DNA of 20,000 nt. Origin: an uncultured virus (IMG/VR IMGVR_UViG_3300027708_002017). Its lineage: Duplodnaviria > Heunggongvirae > Uroviricota > Caudoviricetes. Below, piece after piece: positions 8,694 through 15,180 of this stretch. Position 1 is the first letter of the stretch, and every line of letters begins with the position of its first letter. A program made the translations under genes and the position numbers. The stretch lies in IMG/VR virus record IMGVR_UViG_3300027708_002017; one strand, given 5' to 3'. The notes under the pieces are model-generated. The model saw only the letters and a list, made by a program, of their open reading frames with translations, was not told where the DNA came from and made no database searches.

Positions 8694-8783
8694 TGGCGGA
8701 AACGGTGAGATTTGAACTCACGGTGCCTTTCGACACGACAGTTTTCAAGACTGTTGCAATAAACCGGACTCTGCCACATTTCC
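8694..8783 (-). tRNA. tRNA-Ser(TGA)
   Basis: Long variable arm, loop CTTGAAA, G73, CCA. Confidence 0.95.
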
Positions 8784-8856
8784 ATATAGAAACACACTAG
8801 CGGCAATGCCATCTTACTATCCCAGTATGTCGGGTGTTGGCTAATGTGTTTGTATA
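8784..8856 (-). ncRNA. Hairpin spacer RNA H1, exactly filling the Leu-Ser gap
   Basis: TATACAAACACATTAGC / GCTAGTGTGTTTCTATA closing stem; 3' arm identical to H2. Confidence 0.65.
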
Positions 8857-8939
8857 TGGTGCCCCAACCGAGACTCGAACTCGGACGCTTGCGCACTGGC
8901 TTCTAAGACCAGCGTGTCTACCAATTCCACCATCGGGGC
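8857..8939 (-). tRNA. tRNA-Leu(TAG)
   Basis: Long variable arm, loop CTTAGAA, CCA. Confidence 0.95.
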
Positions 8940-8953
8940 AAAACTTTTTATAA

Positions 8954-8986
8954 TTTTTAAAGAACAAATTTACTAATTGCTTAGTA
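8954..8986 (-). promoter_or_regulatory. rrn-like boxB-boxA antitermination leader
   Basis: TACTAA-GCAA-TTAGTA GNRA hairpin (8986-8971), then TGTTCTTTAAAAA (8966-8954), between the promoter and tRNA-Leu. Confidence 0.65.
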
Positions 8987-8993
8987 TGTGACT

Positions 8994-9022
8994 ATTATAT
9001 AACACATACGATACAATGTCAA
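8994..9022 (-). promoter_or_regulatory. sigma70 consensus promoter
   Basis: TTGACA-17 bp-TATAAT. Confidence 0.9.
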
Positions 9023-9041
9023 CAACTATTTAATATTATCT

Positions 9042-9116
9042 TGGCCGGTCCTGAGAGGATCGAACTCCCACCGTCGGTTTCGAAGACCGAAATGATATCC
9101 ATTTCACCAAGGACCG
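9042..9116 (-). tRNA. tRNA-Arg(TCG)
   Basis: Loop CTTCGAA, CCA. Confidence 0.92.
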
Positions 9117-9117
9117 A

Positions 9118-10311
9118 TTATGCTTTTAACTTTGTTAAATCTATTTTATAGCCTTTTAAATAGGCTGTCATCATGGACACATCTGTTGGATAATATCCAG
9201 TGATTGTACCAGTTGCTTCAACTTCAGCAAGCCATTTTTGCCATCTTGCAGATTTCTTTAAATGGTCAACTGAACGTATTTTTAATGCGTTCCAAAAAGG
9301 ACTGTCGATTTGATTATCACCGCAGTAGTTTAACGCCATCAAATTTTGTATGTCTTCCATAGCCTCGTTATTAAATTTATTGATAACATGATTCATTTCG
9401 TCTATAGATGCTTTATTTAAAACACCATCAATAAAACAATCGGACAACAATGCATAGTAATGCAATGGCATTGCCTGTTGCGGTTCATATAGATATAATC
9501 TGTTGCCCATGGATAAAATTCTTCCATCTATAGCACGAGCTTTTCTATAAGGCCGCCAGCTAAAATTTCTCAGTGTTGATGCATCTATGCCTTTGATTTT
9601 ACTAAAATCTTCTACGGCTTCTTTGTAGGAAGTAAACTCTTTGTTATAACAATACCCAAATGCTTTTCTTAATGTTAGAGGAACACCAAACATCCACCCA
9701 TTGTTGTGTACATACGCCGATGTATTATTTTCCTGATAGTCTTTAAAATCAGGATTCAATATCACAGAATTAACTGATTGAAATACATCTGTTACATAAG
9801 TGTCACTGTCTAATTCTTCTGCTTTTGGAGATCCTGAACAATCTACTACAAAATCAAATGTATAGCTGTCGGCTTTGCCTTTGACTAACACACTGTTCTC
9901 TTGATTCTCTACAGATATTACTTCATCAAATATTTCATGAAAATAGCTATATTTGTCAACGAGCTTTTTAAAAACATAATTACTCCACTTATCGCTGTTT
10001 AAATGTAAACCGGGAGTGTAGTAACGAATAGTAAAATCGTTGCCGTTGGCATCTGCCCAAAAATATTTTGTATAATATCTGAGTGTGCCGTCGTACTTTT
10101 CTAATTCTTCTAAAAAACCTACACCTAACACATCTCGCATGGTATCATGTACAAGTCCGCTAGTACTTTCTCCCACTTGTGCTGTGGGCTTTGTGGGATC
10201 ACTTAGACAATACAGTTCTATATCCGTGAACTTGCCGCGGGTTAGAGTTTGTATCATAATTAATATTGATATTGCACTGGCCGTGCCGGCTCCTATAATT
10301 CCTATTTTCAT
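9118..10311 (-). CDS. Tryptophan-halogenase-like flavoprotein
   Basis: N-terminal IIGAGTAS Rossmann motif, VGEST, DFVVDCSG, GWMFGVP (WxWxIP-like), GN..YLYEP. Confidence 0.8.
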   Translation of the reverse strand: MKIGIIGAGTASAISILIMIQTLTRGKFTDIELYCLSDPTKPTAQVGESTSGLVHDTMRDVLGVGFLEELEKYDGTLRYYTKYFWADANGNDFTIRYYTPGLHLNSDKWSNYVFKKLVDKYSYFHEIFDEVISVENQENSVLVKGKADSYTFDFVVDCSGSPKAEELDSDTYVTDVFQSVNSVILNPDFKDYQENNTSAYVHNNGWMFGVPLTLRKAFGYCYNKEFTSYKEAVEDFSKIKGIDASTLRNFSWRPYRKARAIDGRILSMGNRLYLYEPQQAMPLHYYALLSDCFIDGVLNKASIDEMNHVINKFNNEAMEDIQNLMALNYCGDNQIDSPFWNALKIRSVDHLKKSARWQKWLAEVEATGTITGYYPTDVSMMTAYLKGYKIDLTKLKA

Positions 10312-10898
10312 TTTATATACACCACTCGGTTTTTACTAGCTTTAACTAGTGATTCAATAGTTTCTTCTAATCTGTTTACATTAAAAGATATAGATCTTCT
10401 TTTTGTATTAGTTGTCTTAAGCGGAATACGATGTGGTGTTTCGGCTGGCCAAATCATCATCTTTCCAAGTTTGGATTCATACGGTGTAGCAACACCGTTG
10501 ATTCTAAATTCTATACGGGACTCTGGTTCTGTAAATTCATGATAGTAAACACCGGACAACATAGTAGGCTTATGATTGTGCCAAAGTGCCGCACTGCCTT
10601 CTTGCATGTCAGTTGCCCAACAGTCTACAATTTTAAAATTTGTATCGCCTAGATAATCTTCAACGTTTTTTGTAATAACACTTTTTAAAACATCAAGATT
10701 ATGGAGATCTATAATGTTAATCATCATGTCTCCATAACTAGTAGCCACACGCGGTGTGCCAATAGGTTTACCTTGTTTTATATCTTCGTCGTCGAATTGA
10801 TTAGAATAATGTAAAGGCAAATTATAAAAGTCACCTAGTTCTTTTTGTAAATCTTCAAAGTATTGTCCCGTGACTTGGTATTCTTTAATTTTACTCAT
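10308..10898 (-). CDS. Putative 2OG-Fe(II) oxygenase
   Basis: WHNH...LSGVYY...WPAETPH...RRSISFN. Confidence 0.85.
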   Translation of the reverse strand: MSKIKEYQVTGQYFEDLQKELGDFYNLPLHYSNQFDDEDIKQGKPIGTPRVATSYGDMMINIIDLHNLDVLKSVITKNVEDYLGDTNFKIVDCWATDMQEGSAALWHNHKPTMLSGVYYHEFTEPESRIEFRINGVATPYESKLGKMMIWPAETPHRIPLKTTNTKRRSISFNVNRLEETIESLVKASKNRVVYIK

Positions 10899-11637
10899 TG
10901 GGCATCCTTGGCTGACTTAATCTATACCACATTAGCCCGTCTACTAATTCGTTATATTGACTTGCATCTAAATTACAAAATTCAAATATGGGCTGTAAGA
11001 ATGCATTTTCATCGCCGTCTAAATAATCAGCGTATGATATGTGCAGTACATTATCTAATACATATTTCTTTTTGGCAGAAACAAATAAGATTTCTTCGTC
11101 GAGCCATTTAAAGAATTCAAGATTTTCTAAATTTAGATGTTGTATTCGATTGACACATTCATTGTAATCCTGCTTGTATTTTTCTACTAAGCCTGTCAGC
11201 AAACTAACATTACCACTGATTGATTTGTGTAGAACATTAAATCTGCATCGCTTTATTTGATCACTAGTAGTGTCTATACAAATAAATTTTGCAGTAGGAA
11301 ACGCTTCTATGAATATGTCAAGATTAGCACAATGTAATGATATTACTGTTGGCCTATAAAAGGGTATTATAAAATTTTGTAAGTGCTCTATTCGTTGCGC
11401 AGTGGTCCACGTTTCATAGTGTGTATCATCTACAATAGCTCTGCCGATATCACTAAACAAATGGTCTTTGTATACACCTTGTATATGACTAATATAAGTG
11501 TTGCCGTGTCCCGAACCTTTACTGTCTACAATAAGATTGACTTCAGGTGTTAGAGCTTTCTGTATCATACTGGCTAGAAAAGTTCCGCCTGCACCTAACG
11601 GATAGCATATAAAAATAATAGGGTGATCATTCATCAA
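10891..11637 (-). CDS. Hypothetical protein, sulfotransferase/P-loop-like
   Basis: N-terminal YPLGAGGTFLASMI loop; C-terminal ISYADY...IFEFCNL resembles sulfotransferase tails. Confidence 0.5.
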   Translation of the reverse strand: MMNDHPIIFICYPLGAGGTFLASMIQKALTPEVNLIVDSKGSGHGNTYISHIQGVYKDHLFSDIGRAIVDDTHYETWTTAQRIEHLQNFIIPFYRPTVISLHCANLDIFIEAFPTAKFICIDTTSDQIKRCRFNVLHKSISGNVSLLTGLVEKYKQDYNECVNRIQHLNLENLEFFKWLDEEILFVSAKKKYVLDNVLHISYADYLDGDENAFLQPIFEFCNLDASQYNELVDGLMWYRLSQPRMPNE

Positions 11638-11655
11638 CTATATATCTTATTTAAG

Positions 11656-11730
11656 TGGCCCGGCTAGCAGGAATCGAACCCACATTCTAGAGGTAGAAGC
11701 TCTATGTACTATCCATTGTACTATAGCCAG
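11656..11730 (-). tRNA. tRNA-Arg(TCT)
   Basis: Loop CTTCTAC, CCA. Confidence 0.92.
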
Positions 11731-11737
11731 ATAATCT

Positions 11738-11766
11738 ATTATATGTTATTTACTAGCATGTGTCAA
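11738..11766 (-). promoter_or_regulatory. sigma70 consensus promoter between tRNA-Leu and tRNA-Arg
   Basis: TTGACA-17 bp-TATAAT; predicted start at or next to the tRNA-Arg 5' end. Confidence 0.9.
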
Positions 11767-11767
11767 G

Positions 11768-11855
11768 TGGTGCCCTGGATGAGATTCGAACTCACAACTA
11801 GGTTTTTCCTTCTTCCTTTTGAGAGAAGTGCGTCTACCAATTTCGCCACCAGGGC
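11768..11855 (-). tRNA. tRNA-Leu(CAA)
   Basis: Long variable arm, loop CTCAAAA, CCA. Confidence 0.92.
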
Positions 11856-11857
11856 AA

Positions 11858-12439
11858 TTATTTCAATTCAAAATTACCTAGATTAAAACTCATACTAATA
11901 CGTTCAACGCTTGAATGAAACGGATGTACTGAATGATTTAAATCTGCTGGAAACAATAGTATGTCTCCGCTATTAGGTTTAATAGCATATTTTTGATCAT
12001 CGTGAGCAAATTCAATATGACCTGCAAGATTATCTTCAAAAATTTCTTCAGGAATGTCTATGTAAATCACAGCACTCATTTCGCCACCGTGTGCGTGAAA
12101 ATCTATATATTCGTTTTCTGTTTGAAAATTTATCCAAGCCACTGGCATATAAAAATTAACACTGGTATATTCACTTTGTTCCGCAGTATTAATATAATTT
12201 AGAATATGTGATCCTATACAATTAGTGAATATGCTAATTTGTTCGTTAGTAAATCCAACTTTCAAATGATTTTTTAGTGCGGATGTATTATCTGCCCATA
12301 AGTTTGCTCCAACATTTTCGTTATGTTGTCTAGTTTCTTCTGCTATATTTTTTAAAAATAACAAAAAATCTTTATCAATTGTGCTACTATACATAGTAGG
12401 ACCGTTATTTCCAAAATGCTTAGTTACTTTATAAGTCAT
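11858..12439 (-). CDS. Putative 2OG-Fe(II) oxygenase (start corrected to MTYKVTK)
   Basis: WINFQ...FHAH...FPADLNHSVHPF...RISMSFN; the longer start would overlap tRNA-Gly. Confidence 0.85.
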   Translation of the reverse strand: MTYKVTKHFGNNGPTMYSSTIDKDFLLFLKNIAEETRQHNENVGANLWADNTSALKNHLKVGFTNEQISIFTNCIGSHILNYINTAEQSEYTSVNFYMPVAWINFQTENEYIDFHAHGGEMSAVIYIDIPEEIFEDNLAGHIEFAHDDQKYAIKPNSGDILLFPADLNHSVHPFHSSVERISMSFNLGNFELK

Positions 12440-12455
12440 ATAATATCCAAATAAG

Positions 12456-12529
12456 TGGAGCGGGATAGGAGAATCGAACTCCTGACTAAACCTTGGCAAG
12501 GTTTCGTTTGACCATTAAACTAATCCCGC
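12456..12529 (-). tRNA. tRNA-Gly(GCC)
   Basis: Loop TTGCCAA, U73, CCA. Confidence 0.95.
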
Positions 12530-12536
12530 ATAAAGA

Positions 12537-12788
12537 TATTAATAGAAAGCACTAAAAGTTTTGGTCCTCGTCAAAGAAAACATGGCTACCCAGGTCTTAC
12601 AGTCCTGCTCTATTTGTCTAGCAAACATGGGGCACCTTTGCCGCGCTTAGAATCTCCCAGACTGTAAATCCTGATTCTTATCACTGCCGGCTTGCATACA
12701 GTTTATAACTGTCCTTTCTCCGCAACTTTCCGAGTTACAAATACTTGTTGTTTCCAAATGCGTGTATGCCTTGTGCTTTCTATTAATA
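12537..12788 (-). ncRNA. Large structured spacer RNA C (about 250 nt), closed by a 16-bp perfect stem
   Basis: TATTAATAGAAAGCAC / GTGCTTTCTATTAATA; internal stems GCATAC/GTATGC, ACAGT/ACTGT, TTACAGTC/GACTGTAA, AGAATC/GATTCT. Confidence 0.7.
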
Positions 12789-12801
12789 ACTTTATTTATA
12801 A

Positions 12802-12848
12802 AGTGTCAGATTGTTCTCCGCACAACCTGACAAAGCGGGGGTCTGTCT
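12802..12848 (-). ncRNA. Small pseudoknot-like element after tRNA-Phe
   Basis: CCGC/GCGG interleaved with TGTCAG(G)TTGT/ACAA(T)CTGACA. Confidence 0.4.
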
Positions 12849-12924
12849 TGGTACACCCTGTTGGAATCGAACCAACTTCAACGGCTCTTCAGACCGCCGC
12901 TATGACCACATCAGCTAAAGGTGC
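12849..12924 (-). tRNA. tRNA-Phe(GAA)
   Basis: Loop CTGAAGA, CCA. Confidence 0.92.
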
Positions 12925-12926
12925 AT

Positions 12927-13018
12927 TGGTACCAGCGGAGGGGATCGAACCCTCTCAAGAACGCTAATCTGGCGCTAAAAGGTGTATAAGACCTCTCTGA
13001 CTTCCAAGTCTCGCTGGC
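12927..13018 (-). tRNA. Atypical tRNA with TAT anticodon (nominally Ile), long variable arm and shortened D arm
   Basis: Acceptor GCCAGCG/CGCTGGT, D arm GACT-TGGA-AGTC, loop CTTATAC, variable arm AGCGC/GCGTT, T loop TTCGATC, ACCA. Confidence 0.8.
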
Positions 13019-13027
13019 AAAAAAAAT

Positions 13028-13103
13028 TGGGGTATCCTACCGGTATCGATCCGGTACTACCGCTTTCACAGAGCAGGGTGCAGGCCACTACACTAAGGAC
13101 ACC
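13028..13103 (-). tRNA. tRNA-His(GTG)
   Basis: G-1:C73 8-bp acceptor, loop CTGTGAA. Confidence 0.93.
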
Positions 13104-13108
13104 GTAGA

Positions 13109-13780
13109 TTAAAACTGTTTGATTTGATATTGACGTGACCTGACATAGTTTTGATATGCAGGATTTTGAAACTCTTGTTTCATTATATCTTCAAGACCTT
13201 CGATTAAAGGCTGGGGAATATTTAATAAGAAACTGTTTGTACTGTATCGCACACCAGTTTCGACTGGGTCTACTCCATGCACCCAAAAATAATCTGCTGG
13301 CCAAATCATTCCTTCGCCGGCAGATAGTTTAACACGATGTTCGCCGTTCCAAAATACAAAATCTCCGCCAGTATAATCATCATTCAAATTAAATGTAGCA
13401 CTGCCGTACACATGAGGACCATGATCCGTGTGTGGATGTATTTTGGCGCCAGGTTCATATTTTAACAGTCGATACATGTGACTGAACACCATACTGCGTC
13501 TAGCAAACACATGGAACATTTTAAATGTGTCCAAATAGTCCATGTACTCATTGATAAGAGTTTCATTGGCTTTGAAAACCAAATTCCACGCTTCGGTACC
13601 GTATACTAATTCGCCTCTTTTAAATGTGCTCTGTGTGTTGACACCGGTATTTGCATCTGGGCAATTTTCCAAAGTATCATTATTTTCTAATTTAGCGTAT
13701 TCTTCAATTAAAAATTGACATTCCTCTTTGCTGAACGCATTTTTTTTATGAAAAATTAATTGAGTTAAGTTTATAGTCAT
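13109..13780 (-). CDS. 2OG-Fe(II) oxygenase, prolyl-4-hydroxylase-like (start corrected to MTINLTQ)
   Basis: LLKY...HPHTD...LNDDYTGGDF...HGV.PV..G.RYS. Confidence 0.9.
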   Translation of the reverse strand: MTINLTQLIFHKKNAFSKEECQFLIEEYAKLENNDTLENCPDANTGVNTQSTFKRGELVYGTEAWNLVFKANETLINEYMDYLDTFKMFHVFARRSMVFSHMYRLLKYEPGAKIHPHTDHGPHVYGSATFNLNDDYTGGDFVFWNGEHRVKLSAGEGMIWPADYFWVHGVDPVETGVRYSTNSFLLNIPQPLIEGLEDIMKQEFQNPAYQNYVRSRQYQIKQF

Positions 13781-13802
13781 GCAACTATTTATTTTGCAGT
13801 TC

Positions 13803-13877
13803 TGGTACCGCCACAAGGAATCGAACCTCAATTACCAGTTCCGCAAACTAGTGTATTATCCATTATACGATAGCGAT
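13803..13877 (-). tRNA. tRNA-Arg(GCG)
   Basis: Loop TTGCGGA, CCA. Confidence 0.88.
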
Positions 13878-13882
13878 AAATT

Positions 13883-13958
13883 TGGCACCCCCTGATGGAC
13901 TCGAACCACCGCGTGTCGGAATCAAAATCCGATGCCTTACCAACTTGGCGAAGAGGGT
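13883..13958 (-). tRNA. tRNA-Gln(TTG)
   Basis: Loop TTTTGAT, G73, CCA. Confidence 0.92.
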
Positions 13959-13960
13959 AT

Positions 13961-14036
13961 TGGTGGTAATAGCTGGACTCGAACCAGCGATAGACTGCGT
14001 ATGAAGCAGTTGCATTAGCCACTATGCTATATTACC
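13961..14036 (-). tRNA. tRNA-CAT (elongator Met; Ile2 not excluded)
   Basis: Loop TTCATAC, fully paired acceptor, CCA. Confidence 0.88.
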
Positions 14037-14122
14037 ATATAGAAACACACTCGGACCGTTTTCATCAGCAGACGGTGGTCTTGCCTTATGTAAACTATGT
14101 CTACATCGAATATGTTTTTATA
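14037..14122 (-). ncRNA. Hairpin spacer RNA H2, exactly filling the Lys-Met gap
   Basis: TATAAAAACATATTCG / CGAGTGTGTTTCTATA closing stem; internal hairpins ATGTAGAC/GTTTACAT and ACCGT/ACGGT. Confidence 0.65.
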
Positions 14123-14197
14123 TGGTGCGGGCAGAGGGATTCGAACCCACGACCAATAGATTAAAAGTCTACTGCTCTACCACTGAGCTATACCCGC
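14123..14197 (-). tRNA. tRNA-Lys(TTT)
   Basis: Loop CTTTTAA, CCA. Confidence 0.95.
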
Positions 14198-14249
14198 GAT
14201 CATCTTGCCACTCTTGTCACTATTCATGACAGATCTCCTTTTAAAAATT

Positions 14250-14324
14250 TGGTACTCCGAACGAGTATCGATCTCGCTTCTTCGCCTTGAAAGGGCAACG
14301 TTCTAGCCACTAAACTACCGGAGT
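14250..14324 (-). tRNA. tRNA-Glu(TTC)
   Basis: Loop CTTTCAA, CCA. Confidence 0.9.
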
Positions 14325-14329
14325 GTATT

Positions 14330-14404
14330 TGGTAGCCAATGATGGGAACGATCCATCGACCCTCGCCTTATCAAGACGATGCTCTACCACTGAGCTAATT
14401 GGCT
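14330..14404 (-). tRNA. tRNA-Ile(GAT)
   Basis: Loop TTGATAA, variant T loop ATCGTTC, CCA. Confidence 0.92.
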
Positions 14405-14407
14405 GTT

Positions 14408-14483
14408 TGGTGGAGGATACAGGGATCGAACCTGCGACCTATTGCTTGCAAAGCAACCGCTCTCCCAACTGAGCTAATCCCCC
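14408..14483 (-). tRNA. tRNA-Ala(TGC)
   Basis: G3:U70, loop TTTGCAA, CCA. Confidence 0.95.
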
Positions 14484-14487
14484 AAAA

Positions 14488-14752
14488 TGCTCTGACGTCC
14501 CCCGGCGGTAATTATAGTGTATCAGAAATTTCGTCAAGTTGCCCCAACTAGTCTATTCATCACTTACACCTTCCACCCGCTTCCCGACAGGGACCGCTCT
14601 CGTGTTGCTAACGCCGGTTAGGTTGGACCGCACATACATCCATGTTCTATCATGGCCTCTGTGTGAAACTTTTACGTTTCAGAACCACCCGTAGTTGTCA
14701 CACTACTTCTCATCGTCTGGGTCAGACTATCCAGTGACGCTGGAACGTTCTT
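14488..14752 (-). ncRNA. Large structured RNA D (about 265 nt), possibly manA-like
   Basis: ORF-free and GC-rich; stems GTAGT/ACTAC, GAAAC/GTTTC, CCATG/CATGG, GTGTA/TACAC, and long-range TCTGAC/GTCAGA; resemblance to manA is from memory only. Confidence 0.6.
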
Positions 14753-14828
14753 TGGCTCCCCGAGGTGGGTTCGAACCACCGACCTGCGGATTAACAGTCC
14801 GTCGCTCTACCGACTGAGCTATCAGGGA
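14753..14828 (-). tRNA. tRNA-Asn(GTT)
   Basis: Loop CTGTTAA, G73, CCA. Confidence 0.95.
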
Positions 14829-14834
14829 ACAATT

Positions 14835-14908
14835 TGGTTGCGGGACCTAGAATCGCACTAGGAACTGTAGCTTATGAGACTACCGAGATACTATTTCTCT
14901 ATCCCGCG
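14835..14908 (-). tRNA. tRNA-fMet-like (CAT)
   Basis: C1:A72 mismatch, CGCGGG 5' end, loop CTCATAA; lacks the three G-C pairs in the anticodon stem. Confidence 0.85.
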
Positions 14909-14914
14909 ATAACC

Positions 14915-14990
14915 TGGTACACGGTACGGGAATCGAACCCGTCTTACTGACGTGAAAGGCCAGTGTCCTAAACCGATAGACGAACCGTGC
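14915..14990 (-). tRNA. tRNA-Glu(TTC), second divergent copy
   Basis: Loop CTTTCAC, CCA. Confidence 0.9.
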
Positions 14991-14999
14991 ATACTAACT

Positions 15000-15074
15000 T
15001 GGCGGCTCCAAGGGGAATCGAACCCCTATTAATGGCGTGACAAGCCACCGTACTAACCATTATACTATGAAGCC
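15000..15074 (-). tRNA. tRNA-Asp(GTC)
   Basis: Loop TTGTCAC, G73, CCA. Confidence 0.93.
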
Positions 15075-15081
15075 TAAAACT

Positions 15082-15166
15082 TGGTGGAGAAAGTAAGATT
15101 CGAACCTACTCACCCGAAGGAACAGATTTACAGTCTGCCGCGCCTCTCCCACTGCGCCGTTTCTCC
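15082..15166 (-). tRNA. tRNA-Tyr(GTA), first tRNA of the array
   Basis: Long variable arm, loop CTGTAAA, CCA. Confidence 0.95.
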
Positions 15167-15180
15167 ATGTCTTAATTATA

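Noticed and set aside
8591..8896. Minus-strand 101-aa ORF (likewise 13828-14022)
   Set aside because: Runs through several tRNA genes; spurious.
12440..12499. N-terminal extensions of ORFs 11858-12499 and 13109-13831
   Set aside because: They overlap tRNA-Gly and tRNA-Arg; downstream ATGs at 12439 and 13780 fit better.
12537..12788. Group I intron, RNase P RNA or 6S RNA identity for element C
   Set aside because: I could not find the conserved P7, P4 or central-bubble signatures by eye, and it does not interrupt a gene; left unassigned.
14056..14075. CTGATGA-AAAC in hairpin H2 as a hammerhead ribozyme core
   Set aside because: No stem II between CUGAUGA and a separate GAAA, and no correctly placed cleavage triplet.
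8783..14124. Repeated CATATAGAAACACACT as a CRISPR repeat or IS end
   Set aside because: Only two copies, 5 kb apart, each one arm of a local hairpin; no regular spacers, cas or transposase genes.
4556..15166. Stop-codon reassignment or suppressor tRNA
   Set aside because: No CTA, TTA or TCA anticodon found, and genes read intact in the standard code.
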